A stretch of DNA of 64,000 nt from an uncultured Acidobacteriota bacterium (GTDB lineage Bacteria; Acidobacteriota; UBA6911; RPQK01; JAPXNP01), in assembly GCA_964524795.1 (NCBI GenBank), contig CAZGEH010000001.1:495298-559297 (forward strand). Direction: 5' to 3'. Position numbers and translations under genes: made by a program. Below the pieces are notes generated by a model that did not search any database, was not told the DNA's origin, and worked only from the letters and a program-made list of their open reading frames with translations. Below are positions 10,438 to 19,750 of the stretch, piece after piece. How positions within the stretch are numbered: position 1 is the stretch's first letter; each line of letters begins with the position of its first letter.

Positions 10438-10653
10438 ATGGCTCAGGAAGTTGTCATTTACGGAAAGGGCGGCTGACCGTACACCCAGGCTGCCCGTGAG
10501 GAATTCAGCCGAAAGAAGGCCGAGGTCCAGTATCTGGACGTCTCCCGGGATGCATCGGCGCTTCGCCGCATGCTGGAGCTGAACGGAGGCCAACGACGCG
10601 TCCCCACCATCGTCGAAGACGGAAAAGTGTCGGTTGGTTTTGGAGGAACCTGA
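10438..10653 (+). CDS. glutaredoxin/NrdH-like thioredoxin-fold protein, candidate selenoprotein (in-frame TGA at codon 13 read as Sec: motif G-U-P-Y-T)
   Basis: ATG 10438 to TGA 10651 translates as MAQEVVIYGKGG[TGA]PYTQAAREEFSRKKAEVQYLDVSRDASALRRMLELNGGQRRVPTIVEDGKVSVGFGGT. This aligns with Grx/NrdH (VxIYxK..CPYC...VPxIfidg...GG), and the TGA (10474-10476) falls exactly at the first Cys of the CPYC active site. A SECIS-like hairpin starts 11 nt downstream. An in-frame upstream stop at 10384 fixes the start. Confidence 0.65.
10488..10510 (+). promoter_or_regulatory. bSECIS-like stem-loop downstream of in-frame UGA
   Basis: GGCUG-CC-CGUGA-GG-AAUU-CAGCC: 5-bp plus 2-bp stem with a GU-containing apical loop. 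It begins 11 nt after the UGA (10474-10476), which is the canonical bacterial SECIS spacing. Confidence 0.5.
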
Positions 10654-10695
10654 GGGGTTTAGGACCGGCGGTCCGCCGGTCCCGAGGATCATACG

Positions 10696-11733
10696 ATGAG
10701 TGAAATCCGGATCGGGATCGTGGGCTTGGGCTGGGTGGCTGGAGCCCACATCGAGGCTTTCCGGCAGGTGGAGGGAGCCCGGGTGGCGGCGGTGTGCTCG
10801 CGGCGTCCCCAGGATCAGGCTGCCCTGGAGCGCCGGTTCGGCCTGCCGCTCAAGGCCTGTCAGGACTATCAGGCGATGCTGGCGGACCCCGATCTGGATG
10901 TGATCGACATCTGCACCCCTCACCCGCTGCATCCCGAACAGGCGATCGCCGCGGCCCGGGCCGGGAAACACCTGATCATCGAAAAGCCGCTCGCCACTAC
11001 CTGGGAATCCGCCAAGGCACTCCGGGACGCTGTCCTCGGCAGCGGTGTCAGGGTGTGTGTCTGCTTCGAATGCCGATTCAGCAAGCACTTCAGTCTGATC
11101 CGGTCCGTCATCGAAGAGGGCTTGCTGGGCGACTTGCACTACGCCGAAGTCGACTACTACCACGGGATCGGACCCTGGTACGGGCAGTTCGGATGGAACA
11201 TCCGGAAAGACATGGGCGGCAGCAGCCTGTTGACGGCGGGATGCCATGCCCTGGACGGGCTGCTATTCTTCAAGGACTCCCCGGTGGTGGAGGTGGTCAG
11301 CCATTCCAACCGCTCGTCCAGCGAGACGTTCCAGCCCTATGAATACGACACGACATCGGTGACACTGCTGAAGTTCGCCGACGGTTCGCTCGGCAAGGTG
11401 GCGTCGGTGATCGATTGCCATCAGCCCTACTACTTCCACATCCACCTGGTGGGGAGTCACGGCAGCCTGCTGGACAACCGACTCTACTCCACCCGGCTGG
11501 CGGGTCTGAGCAAGGAGCGCTGGAGCACCCTGGAGACGTCGCTGATCGACTCGGGGGATGTCAAGGATCATCCCTATCTGCCTCAGTTCCAAGCATTTGT
11601 CAACAGTCTCCGCCGCGGCGAGAACATGCCGAGAACCGACTTCGCGACTGCTTGGGAAACGCACCGCGTGGTGTTTGCCGCCGACCGTTCGGCGGCCGAG
11701 GGCCGGCCCGTTCGCCTGGAGGAACTCGTCTAA
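10696..11733 (+). CDS. Gfo/Idh/MocA family NAD(P)-dependent oxidoreductase
   Basis: N-terminal Rossmann motif [19 protein letters not shown] and the EKP motif ([12 protein letters not shown]) typical of the family. 345 aa. Confidence 0.9.
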   Translation: MSEIRIGIVGLGWVAGAHIEAFRQVEGARVAAVCSRRPQDQAALERRFGLPLKACQDYQAMLADPDLDVIDICTPHPLHPEQAIAAARAGKHLIIEKPLATTWESAKALRDAVLGSGVRVCVCFECRFSKHFSLIRSVIEEGLLGDLHYAEVDYYHGIGPWYGQFGWNIRKDMGGSSLLTAGCHALDGLLFFKDSPVVEVVSHSNRSSSETFQPYEYDTTSVTLLKFADGSLGKVASVIDCHQPYYFHIHLVGSHGSLLDNRLYSTRLAGLSKERWSTLETSLIDSGDVKDHPYLPQFQAFVNSLRRGENMPRTDFATAWETHRVVFAADRSAAEGRPVRLEELV

Positions 11734-11812
11734 GGACGCACCCGGGGGCCCGTCTTTTCCGTTACCCGGTCTCTGTGTCACCGAACCAACCGTTCTGCGT
11801 AGATTAACACCG

Positions 11813-14026
11813 ATGTATCTGCTGATTCTGGCCGCACTGCTGACATCCGTGCCAAACGACGGGCCGACCGCAGCCCGTTCCCCCGTCCCCCCGGCGGTGC
11901 CGCCGGCGGCCGAAGCTTTTGCAGGCGAACAGGAGCCGACACTGGACGGCCGGGTTCTGGACGATCCTGTCTGGCAAGGGGTCCCGACAATTACGGGTTT
12001 CTGGCAGATCACCCCCGAAGAAGGGAAGCCCGCGTCGGAAGAGACCGTCGTCAAGATCCTGTATACCCCGTCGACGCTGTACGTGGGGGTCGTCTGCTAT
12101 GACCGCGACCCGGCCGGGATTATCGTCGCCGGCAGCCGAAGAGACTCGTCGTTGGAAGAAACCGACTCTTTCCAGATGATCTTGGACACCTACCGGGACT
12201 TCCAGAACGGCTACGTATTCGGCACCAACCCCGCCGGTCTCGAATATGACGGACACGTTACCCGGGAGGGGCAAGGCACGACAGGGCTCGGCGGCCAGAC
12301 AGGGGGTTCCGGGGGTGGTTTCAATGTTAATTGGGATGCGGTGTGGGAAGTCCGCGCCGTAACGGGTGATTTCGGTTGGAGCGCCGAGTTCGCCATTCCC
12401 TTTCGCTCCCTCCGGTTCCGGCCGGACGAGGAGCAGATCTGGGGGTTGAATTTCCAGCGCAACATACGCCGTCGCCATGAGGTGGCGTTCTGGGCGCCCC
12501 TGCCCAGACAGTTCAACCTGTATCGGCTGTCTCTGGCGGGCACACTCAACGGTATCCGGCCGCCCCGCATGCGGAACCTGAAGCTCACTCCCTACGTGCT
12601 CGGCGAGAGCCGGCATGACCACCTCCAGTCCCGGACGAACTGGCTATTGGACGGCGGGTTCGACATCAAGTACAACGTGACTCCGAGCCTGACCCTCGAC
12701 GGTACCTACAACACCGATTTCGCCCAGGTGGAAGTGGATGAGCAGCAGATCAATCTGGACCGCTTCAACCTGTTCTTCCCCGAGAAGCGGCCGTTCTTTC
12801 TGGAGAATGCAGGCTTCTTTACCGTGGGATCGCCCGGCGAGGTGGAGCTGTTCTTCAGCCGTCGGATCGGCATCAGCGAGTCGGGAGAGGTGATCCCCAT
12901 CGAAGCCGGCGGCCGGCTGTCGGGACGGCTCGGAGAGCGCTACAACCTCGGACTGCTGAACATGCAGACCCAGGCCGTGGACGGGGTGGCGCCGGCCAAC
13001 AATTTCACGGTCGTGCGGATGAGCCGGGAACTGCCCAACCGTTCCAATTTGGGCGGAATCTTCATCAACCGTTCGGCGTCGGGCGGCGCGGGCGGCGGGG
13101 CCGACTTCAACCGCACCTTCGCGGTGGACGGCAAGTGGGGTATCGGAGAATACGGCGAGGTTTCTGGTTTCGCGGCGGGTACGGCCGGTCCGGGCCAAGG
13201 CCACGACGAGCACGCCTGGCGTCTGGCGGCACTGTACGATTCCCGTTCCTGGTACCTCACGCTGGGCTACACGGAGGTGGGGGAAGGCTTTAACCCTGAA
13301 GTGGGTTTCCTGGAGCGGGACGGCTACCGGAAGCTCGACGGGATGGTGATGCATCGGATCCGGCCGTCGGATTTTATCGGCATCCTCGAACTGAGGCCCC
13401 ACGTCAGCTACCGTGGCTATTGGAATTTCGAAGGCTTCCAGGAAACCGGGCACCTGCACATCGACAATCACTGGCAATGGAGAAGCGGCGCTGAGATCCA
13501 CACGGGTTTGAACCTGACCCGAGAGGGAGTGGTGAGCCCATTCGAGATCTTTCCGGGTGTTGTCGTGCCGCCGGGGACCTATGATCACGCGGAAGCCCAG
13601 CTTGTGGCCTTCACCAATGAAGGGGCATGGATCAGTGTTCGCCTGGATTCCCGGATCGGCGGTTTCTTCGGCGGAGACCGGGTCAGGCTGGAACCTTCCC
13701 TGAGACTCAGGGCCGGCGAGAAGGTGAACGCGCGGCTGGCATGGAGCCGCAACGACGTCGACCTCCCATGGGGAAGTTTTCAGACTAACCTCGGCAGGCT
13801 CCGCCTCTCCTATTCCCTGACGCCACGGCTGTTTCTCCAGGCTCTGGTGCAGTACAACGACCGGGCAGACCTGTGGTCGGCCAACCTTCGGTTCGGCTGG
13901 CTTCAGTCGGGAAACACCGGCTTGTTCGTGGTCTACAACGACACACGGGGGCTCGACACCCTGCGGAATGAGGGCGGCCGGAGCCTGGCCGTGAAGTTCA
14001 GCAAGACCTTCGATCTTCTGGATTGA
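11813..14026 (+). CDS. secreted CBM9-like / DUF5916-family protein (putative carbohydrate-active hydrolase)
   Basis: Signal peptide MYLLILAALLTSVP, then the family-typical N-terminus (LDGRVLDDPVWQ, YTPSTLYVGVVCYD). About 737 aa, rich in aromatic and Gly residues consistent with a beta-barrel. Start set at ATG 11813 because the longer track ORF (11558) overlaps the upstream gene. Confidence 0.65.
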   Translation: MYLLILAALLTSVPNDGPTAARSPVPPAVPPAAEAFAGEQEPTLDGRVLDDPVWQGVPTITGFWQITPEEGKPASEETVVKILYTPSTLYVGVVCYDRDPAGIIVAGSRRDSSLEETDSFQMILDTYRDFQNGYVFGTNPAGLEYDGHVTREGQGTTGLGGQTGGSGGGFNVNWDAVWEVRAVTGDFGWSAEFAIPFRSLRFRPDEEQIWGLNFQRNIRRRHEVAFWAPLPRQFNLYRLSLAGTLNGIRPPRMRNLKLTPYVLGESRHDHLQSRTNWLLDGGFDIKYNVTPSLTLDGTYNTDFAQVEVDEQQINLDRFNLFFPEKRPFFLENAGFFTVGSPGEVELFFSRRIGISESGEVIPIEAGGRLSGRLGERYNLGLLNMQTQAVDGVAPANNFTVVRMSRELPNRSNLGGIFINRSASGGAGGGADFNRTFAVDGKWGIGEYGEVSGFAAGTAGPGQGHDEHAWRLAALYDSRSWYLTLGYTEVGEGFNPEVGFLERDGYRKLDGMVMHRIRPSDFIGILELRPHVSYRGYWNFEGFQETGHLHIDNHWQWRSGAEIHTGLNLTREGVVSPFEIFPGVVVPPGTYDHAEAQLVAFTNEGAWISVRLDSRIGGFFGGDRVRLEPSLRLRAGEKVNARLAWSRNDVDLPWGSFQTNLGRLRLSYSLTPRLFLQALVQYNDRADLWSANLRFGWLQSGNTGLFVVYNDTRGLDTLRNEGGRSLAVKFSKTFDLLD

Positions 14027-14061
14027 TGGTAAGCTGAGGCACCAACACCGGAGTCAAGGGA

Positions 14062-14541
14062 ATGGACGATTTACTGAGAATCCTGCAGGAGAACGCGCGC
14101 GAGCCTGTGGAGAGCATCGCGCGGATGCTGGGTGTCAGCGAGGATGAAGTGCGCGCCCGGATTGCGGAGTACGAGCGCAAGGGCCTGATCCGGGGATACC
14201 AGGCCATCCTCCACGAAGATCTCCTCGGCGGCGACCGGGTCACAGCCGTGATCGAAGTCAAGGTGACCCCGGAAAGGGAAGACGGCTTCAACAAGGTCGC
14301 CCGCCGGATCGCCGCCTTTCCCGAGGTGCGTTCCCTTTACCTGGTTTCCGGGACTTTCGATCTGCTCCTGTTCGTGCAGGCCCGGACGCTGCACGAGGTG
14401 GCGTCCTTCGTCAGCGAGAAGCTGGCACCCCTGGCTGGAGTCACCTCCACCTGCAGCCATTTCATGCTGAAAACCTATAAACATCGCGGGCTTCTCATGG
14501 AGCCTCCCGAAGAGTATGAAAGACTCAAAATCTCCCCGTAG
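14062..14541 (+). CDS. Lrp/AsnC family transcriptional regulator
   Basis: N-terminal HTH (LDDLLRILQENAREPVESIARMLGVSEDEVRARI) plus a C-terminal RAM/AsnC ligand-binding domain. 159 aa. Confidence 0.9.
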   Translation: MDDLLRILQENAREPVESIARMLGVSEDEVRARIAEYERKGLIRGYQAILHEDLLGGDRVTAVIEVKVTPEREDGFNKVARRIAAFPEVRSLYLVSGTFDLLLFVQARTLHEVASFVSEKLAPLAGVTSTCSHFMLKTYKHRGLLMEPPEEYERLKISP

Positions 14542-15727
14542 CTTTGTGGCCGACCTGGTCCAAGCCATCCCGCGCTCGGGAATCCGCGACTTTTTCGACG
14601 TTGTGAACCGGATGCCTGACGCCATCAGTCTGGGAGTAGGCGAGCCGGGATTCCCTACCCCATGGCATATCCGCGACACCGCCATCGACGCGTTGGAGAA
14701 AGGCGCCACCGGATATACCTCCAATCTCGGACTGCAGGAGTTTCGGGATGCGGCGGCCGAGTACGTGGAAACCGCCTTCGGTGTGCGGTACTCACCCCAG
14801 GATGAGATCCTCACCACAACCGGGGTCAGCGAAGCGCTGGACCTGGCGATTCGGGCGGTGGTCAATCCCGGGGATGAGGTCATCTATCACGAACCCTCCT
14901 ACGTGTCCTATCGGCCGGTCATCCAGCTCGCCCACGGTGTGCCTGTGGCAGTCGAAACCCGTTGCGAGGATCAGTTCCGCCTGACACCGGAGGCGCTGGC
15001 GGGAAAGATCACGCCGCGAACCAAGGCCATTTTGCTCAATTTCCCCAATAACCCCACGGGCGCAACCCTCGGCGTCGACGATCTTGCGGGCATCGCCCGG
15101 CTGGCCTGCGAGTATGACCTGTTGGTGATCTCCGATGAGATTTACGCCGAGCTGACCTACGAGGGGCGCCACCAGAGTCTGGTGGCGTTGCCCGGCATGC
15201 GGGAACGGACTCTGTTGCTGCATGGATTCTCCAAGGCCTGGGCCATGACCGGGTTTCGTCTCGGCTATGCCTGCGGGCCCCGTGAGCTGGTCGGCGCCAT
15301 GATGACCATCCACCAGTACACGATGCTCTGTGCTCCCACCCTCAGCCAGATTGCCGCCGTGGAGGGATTCCGCCGGGCGGACATCGACGTTCCGGAAATG
15401 CGGGCCCGGTTCAAGCTGAACCGCAACTACATGATCCGGTCGTTCGAAGAGATGGGCTTGCGGTGCCCCCTGCCGCGCGGAGCTTTCTACGCTTTTCCCA
15501 AGGTGGATGATCTGGGATTGAGCTCGCGCAACTTCGCCTTGCGGTTGCTGGAGGAGGAACAGGTGGCGGTTGTCCCCGGTGAGGCGTTCGGCCCGTCCGG
15601 CCAAGGCTTCGTCCGCTGCTCCTTCGCCACGTCGTTGGACCGGATCAAGGAGGCGATGGCACGGATGTCGGCTTTTGTCGGCCGCCTCCGGGGCGAGGCG
15701 TTGGAGGGCAAGGCGGTTACGGGGTAA
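14516..15727 (+). CDS. PLP-dependent aminotransferase, class I/II (aspartate/aromatic aminotransferase-like)
   Basis: Motifs LGVGEPGFPTP, NNPTGA, and the PLP-lysine region GFSKAWAMTGFRLGY. It overlaps the Lrp gene by 26 bp (classic Lrp-aminotransferase pair). Confidence 0.9.
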   Translation: MKDSKSPRSFVADLVQAIPRSGIRDFFDVVNRMPDAISLGVGEPGFPTPWHIRDTAIDALEKGATGYTSNLGLQEFRDAAAEYVETAFGVRYSPQDEILTTTGVSEALDLAIRAVVNPGDEVIYHEPSYVSYRPVIQLAHGVPVAVETRCEDQFRLTPEALAGKITPRTKAILLNFPNNPTGATLGVDDLAGIARLACEYDLLVISDEIYAELTYEGRHQSLVALPGMRERTLLLHGFSKAWAMTGFRLGYACGPRELVGAMMTIHQYTMLCAPTLSQIAAVEGFRRADIDVPEMRARFKLNRNYMIRSFEEMGLRCPLPRGAFYAFPKVDDLGLSSRNFALRLLEEEQVAVVPGEAFGPSGQGFVRCSFATSLDRIKEAMARMSAFVGRLRGEALEGKAVTG

Positions 15728-15794
15728 CGTGACTGCGGGTCGAGACCTCGCCACCACGTTACCCCGTTACCCGCTTGCCTGGCTCGCTGTTCGA

Positions 15795-17282
15795 CTACGG
15801 TCCCACCACCGGGGAAACCGGCAGGGAAGTAAACTCGCCGGGGTTGGGCCCCAGTTCGAGGGCGATGGCCGAGAAGGAGCCGTCTCCCGTCGACAGGTAG
15901 AGCGTGCCCTGGAAATCACCCAGGACCAGATCCTCGAAGAGTTCGTCCATGAACTGGGCGATCCTGCCGTTGGCAGGAATCGTCTGCTCCACGACCGTGT
16001 CTTCAGGGTCTCCAGCGACACCCTGCAGAGCGAAGCTCACGGTGATGGGATGAGATTCGTTATTCCGTACCGCGATCGCCGACCGGAGGCTGCCCTGAGC
16101 ACGCACCGGCACCAGCGCGCGGTTCAACGGCGGCGCCGAACCGAATCCGGCGATGCCGATGGTGGGAATGCCGAAGCGGATGATTCCGCCGATCGGGCCG
16201 TTGGCCACCGCCTTGGCCGATCCCAGAGCCAGATCACCCTGGCCGTCCGTGGTCACACTGAAGGACCCCAACGGCGGGATCTCGAACTGGACTTCCGAGA
16301 CATTTGCCACCTGGGCGCGCGACCCTCCCCGCTGAGTCCCCACTAGTCCTCCACCCACCAGCCCCACGGACAGAGGCCCACCGTTCACATCCTGGAAGTA
16401 CAGCACTCCCGCCACCTCGGTGGTGGTGGACGTATTGGTCAGGGTGATGGCGGAGTTGAAGCCGCCGCCGTTGCCGAACTGGGGGAAATAAAGCGCGGCT
16501 GGCGGCGGTGGAATCTGGCCCCGGATGAGCCCACCGGGTTCCGCCGGGTTGTGGACATTGACATAGAGCAGGCCGGCGTTCAGATCCGCGAGGAAGCTGT
16601 CGAAGTCCGGACAGCCCGGGAAATCGTCCCAGCTCACCTGGTCGATGATGGTGGTGGAGGCGTTGAATCCGAATACCACCGGACCGGCAACTCCCGGGGC
16701 GCCCCGATGAATATGGGCCGCAGTCACATCCGCCACGTCGTGGGTACATGCAATGGAGAACTGGGTCCTGAGCGGATCCAGGGCAGCGACACACCCGCCG
16801 GTCCGATCCGTCTCGTTGCCATCCTCTTCACCGGTAAGCGGGAAGGCTACCGCTGCATCCATGGGCGGCCCGATCTGTCCCCGGATCTCTCCGCCCTGGA
16901 AAGCCTCGGAATGGATGTTGACGTAAAGCTCGCCCGCCAACAGGTCCGCAATATCCCCGGCAGCGAACTCAAACTGCCCTTTGAAGGGGGAGGCCACCGA
17001 GTCGAACGGGAAATGTACAGGTCCCGACTCCCCGGGTAGAGCCCGGTGGATGTGGGCAGCGATGGCATTCTCGACATTGTGGCTGCAAATGATTGTGAAC
17101 GTGCTGTCCCCCTGGTCCAAGTACCCCAGGCAAAGACCAGTAGCTTCGGAATCGTTGGCCGGCACCTGCTGAGAACCGTCCAACTGCACCTGGAAGACCT
17201 GGCCCAATGCCGGACCGGTCAAACCGGTCAAGCACAACAACAGAAAAATCCCAATCGCTTTCTTGTCTTGCATTGCCTTCAT
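15795..17282 (-). CDS. secreted protein with two tandem CHRD domains
   Basis: Signal peptide (MKAMQDKKAIGIFLLLCLTGLTGPALGQ). Two repeats carry the CHRD signature AAHIHRxxPGxxGPV...LYVNxHxxxxPGGxIRGQI. 495 aa. Confidence 0.7.
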   Translation of the reverse strand: MKAMQDKKAIGIFLLLCLTGLTGPALGQVFQVQLDGSQQVPANDSEATGLCLGYLDQGDSTFTIICSHNVENAIAAHIHRALPGESGPVHFPFDSVASPFKGQFEFAAGDIADLLAGELYVNIHSEAFQGGEIRGQIGPPMDAAVAFPLTGEEDGNETDRTGGCVAALDPLRTQFSIACTHDVADVTAAHIHRGAPGVAGPVVFGFNASTTIIDQVSWDDFPGCPDFDSFLADLNAGLLYVNVHNPAEPGGLIRGQIPPPPAALYFPQFGNGGGFNSAITLTNTSTTTEVAGVLYFQDVNGGPLSVGLVGGGLVGTQRGGSRAQVANVSEVQFEIPPLGSFSVTTDGQGDLALGSAKAVANGPIGGIIRFGIPTIGIAGFGSAPPLNRALVPVRAQGSLRSAIAVRNNESHPITVSFALQGVAGDPEDTVVEQTIPANGRIAQFMDELFEDLVLGDFQGTLYLSTGDGSFSAIALELGPNPGEFTSLPVSPVVGP

Positions 17283-17488
17283 AGCCTCCAGAGTCTGACT
17301 TGCGGGAATGCGCCAGTTCCTCCCCCGAAAAACTCGTGACTACCGAATCCAATTACCTGATACCGCCTGGCGGTGGTTCGGCCGAGCGAGGGCCGGTTAA
17401 CGACTGTTTTGTCGAGAACATTGACGCAGAAGATCGGATTTGTCAACCGGTTGTTGCCGGAGCGATCATGCTCTCCCCTGAGGCCCCG

Positions 17489-18436
17489 TCAGGCTACCAG
17501 GCTGCGCACCTCATCCAGCTTGCCGGCGCTGCCCAGTTTTTCGTTCTTGTGGGCAATGAACTTCGCGTACTCATCCATGAAAATCTTTCCGGGCTTGCGC
17601 AGATCGAATTCCGCCGGGTGGTCCCGGAAGTACTCCCGGTGTACGCGACACCACACCAGCCGCCCGTCGGTGTCGATATTGACCTTGGTCACACCCAACT
17701 TGGCGGCCCGGGCGAACTGATTCTCGTCCACACCACGAGCGCCTTTCAGATTCCCGCCGGCCGCATTGATCCGAGCGACCTCTTCCTGGGGCACCGAGCT
17801 GGATCCGTGCATCACCAGCGGCAACCCAGGACACCGCTTCTGAATCTCTTCGATGACCTCAAAATGCAGCGACTGAGACCCCGAGAACTTGAACGCACCG
17901 TGGCTGGTCCCGATGGCACAGGCGAGGCTGTCGCAACCGGTCCGCTTCCAGAATTCCTCCGCTTCACGCGGGTTGGTCAGTTTGGCGTCCGACTCCTCGA
18001 CCTTCACATGCTCCTCGACTCCCCCGAGCATCCCCAGCTCGGCTTCCACAACCACTCCCCTGGCGTGGGCGTAATCCACAACACGCTTGGTGATTTCCAC
18101 ATTCTTCTCAAAGGGTTCGTGGCTGGCGTCAATCATCACCGAGCTGTAGAAGCCGCTGTCGATGCAGTCATAGCAGGTCGCTTCATCGCCGTGGTCCAGG
18201 TGCACCGCAAACACAGCCTCCGGGAAGATTTCATCCGCCGTCCGGATCATGGCCTCAAGCATCCGCTTGTCCGTATAGGAACGTGCACCCTTGGAAATCT
18301 GGATGATGAAGGGCGCCCGGCTCATGATGTTGCCCCGGAACAGGCCCATCGTCTGTTCCAGATTGTTGATGTTGTACGCGCCGACAGCGTAATTGCCGTA
18401 GGCATGTTTGAAGAGCTCTTTGGTTGTCACGATCAT
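17489..18436 (-). CDS. fba: class II fructose-bisphosphate aldolase
   Basis: Full-length match to class II FBP/tagatose-bisphosphate aldolases: GAYNINNLE, FIIQISKGA, HLDHG zinc site, GSSS...motif. 315 aa. Confidence 0.95.
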   Translation of the reverse strand: MIVTTKELFKHAYGNYAVGAYNINNLEQTMGLFRGNIMSRAPFIIQISKGARSYTDKRMLEAMIRTADEIFPEAVFAVHLDHGDEATCYDCIDSGFYSSVMIDASHEPFEKNVEITKRVVDYAHARGVVVEAELGMLGGVEEHVKVEESDAKLTNPREAEEFWKRTGCDSLACAIGTSHGAFKFSGSQSLHFEVIEEIQKRCPGLPLVMHGSSSVPQEEVARINAAGGNLKGARGVDENQFARAAKLGVTKVNIDTDGRLVWCRVHREYFRDHPAEFDLRKPGKIFMDEYAKFIAHKNEKLGSAGKLDEVRSLVA

Positions 18437-18628
18437 GGCGGAATACAGTCCTCCTTGAATCAGAACGCTGCACCAACCGCGGTACGAACTGGAACTCGTT
18501 CCGAGCCGCGCCGGCGTCTCCCCGAGCCACAGGCGCAGGGCGAACTTCCAGGCGACTCGGAGAGTATACCACCGCCCGAAGCTGAGGAACCGCCGAATCC
18601 CGGCTCTTCAGCGCGCTCCCGGCGGTGC

Positions 18629-19744
18629 TCAGGCCAGCGGTGACGCCCCGGCGCCAGCCGCCGCGCGTGCCACCAGCTCCCGCAACCGGTCCTCCTGCTC
18701 CAGCATGCATTGAACCAGCCGGAACTGGGTCCGGCAGCGGTCCAGATTGTGGTCCTGGCGGCGAATCTTGAAATAGGTGTCACCGGCGAGGAAATCGGTC
18801 AGAAACCTGCAGCCGATGATCAGGGTGATCATCTCTCCCGCCGTCACCAGGTGATCCCGCTCGGCTGGCGTCAGGAATTCAGCCGCCTCGGAAAGGTAAC
18901 CGCGGACGAGCTGCTCATACATGTCCAGCTCCAGGGTGACGCGCGACAGGTCACGTTCATCTTCCGCCGCCCGGGAAGTGCTGGTCCGGACCATGTCGCC
19001 GAAGTCATACAACGCCAGTCCCGGCATGAGAGTGTCCAGGTCGATGACACAGATCCCTTCGCCGGTCTGGTCGTCCATCATCACGTTGTTGATCTTGGTG
19101 TCATTGTGGGTGGTTCTGACAGGTATCCTGCCGGCCTCCACCTCCCGTGGGAGCACGTCAAAGATCCAGGCGTGGCGCTGCAGAAACTCGATCTCGGCCC
19201 GCGCCTGGGCCGCCCGGTTCCGGACATCCTCGGCCAAGGCCCGTTCGAACGCCTGATAACGCCTGGGTCCGTGGTGAAAGTCCGGGATCGTCTCGTGCAG
19301 AGGCGGAGGCGGCAGATCCGCCAACATCTTCTGGAACCGCCCGAAGGCGCGGGCAGCCTGATATGCCTGTCCGGCATGCTGCAGCGCATCCCATGTCCGG
19401 GCCTGCTCGATGAAGATGTAAGCTCTCCAGTAACCGCCCTCGGGATCCCGCCAGTAGCACGCACCCTGACGGGTGGGGATCACGGTCAGCGTCCGCCGTG
19501 ACACGTCGGGAGTCCCGGCAGCCTCCAGCTTGGCGCGGATATGTCCAGTCACCCGGCAGATGTTCTCCATCAGTGACGGCGGATCGCGAAACACACGATG
19601 GTTGATCCGCTGGAACAGGTAGCGCACCGGACGGCCGCCCTGGTCCATGGTTACCGCGTAGGTGTCGTTGATGTGGCCGGTGCCATACGGAACTGCATCG
19701 ACGAAGTCCCCCAGAATGGCGAAGGCTTTGACCACCGTTTCCAT
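18629..19744 (-). CDS. nahK: N-acetylhexosamine 1-kinase-like anomeric sugar kinase (APH/choline kinase fold; NahK/AmgK family)
   Basis: Strong motif identity to Bifidobacterium NahK: GTGHINDTY (P-loop-like), catalytic HNDTKINNVMMD (NahK has HNDTKLNNILMD) and IDLDTLMPGLALYDFGD (NahK has IDLDTIMPGSMLFDFGD). 371 aa. Confidence 0.8.
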   Translation of the reverse strand: METVVKAFAILGDFVDAVPYGTGHINDTYAVTMDQGGRPVRYLFQRINHRVFRDPPSLMENICRVTGHIRAKLEAAGTPDVSRRTLTVIPTRQGACYWRDPEGGYWRAYIFIEQARTWDALQHAGQAYQAARAFGRFQKMLADLPPPPLHETIPDFHHGPRRYQAFERALAEDVRNRAAQARAEIEFLQRHAWIFDVLPREVEAGRIPVRTTHNDTKINNVMMDDQTGEGICVIDLDTLMPGLALYDFGDMVRTSTSRAAEDERDLSRVTLELDMYEQLVRGYLSEAAEFLTPAERDHLVTAGEMITLIIGCRFLTDFLAGDTYFKIRRQDHNLDRCRTQFRLVQCMLEQEDRLRELVARAAAGAGASPLA

Positions 19745-19750
19745 TCCAGC

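Noticed and set aside
11558-11812. upstream extension of the DUF5916 ORF
   Set aside because: The extension overlaps the 3' 176 bp of the Gfo/Idh/MocA gene and encodes no signal peptide. ATG 11813 gives a proper signal peptide directly after the upstream stop.
17300-18643. 447-aa plus-strand ORF
   Set aside because: It lies antisense to the unambiguous fba gene, has low-complexity Arg/Gly/Pro-rich translation and no motifs. It is a typical GC-rich antisense artefact. The same applies to 18710-19501, 19598-20671, 25794-26447, 26455-27453, 27476-28525, 33991-36006, 36020-36739, 39327-40526, 43205-44539, 45839-47158, 47853-49289, 51097-52383, 54608-56215, 62295-63086 and 63238-63738.
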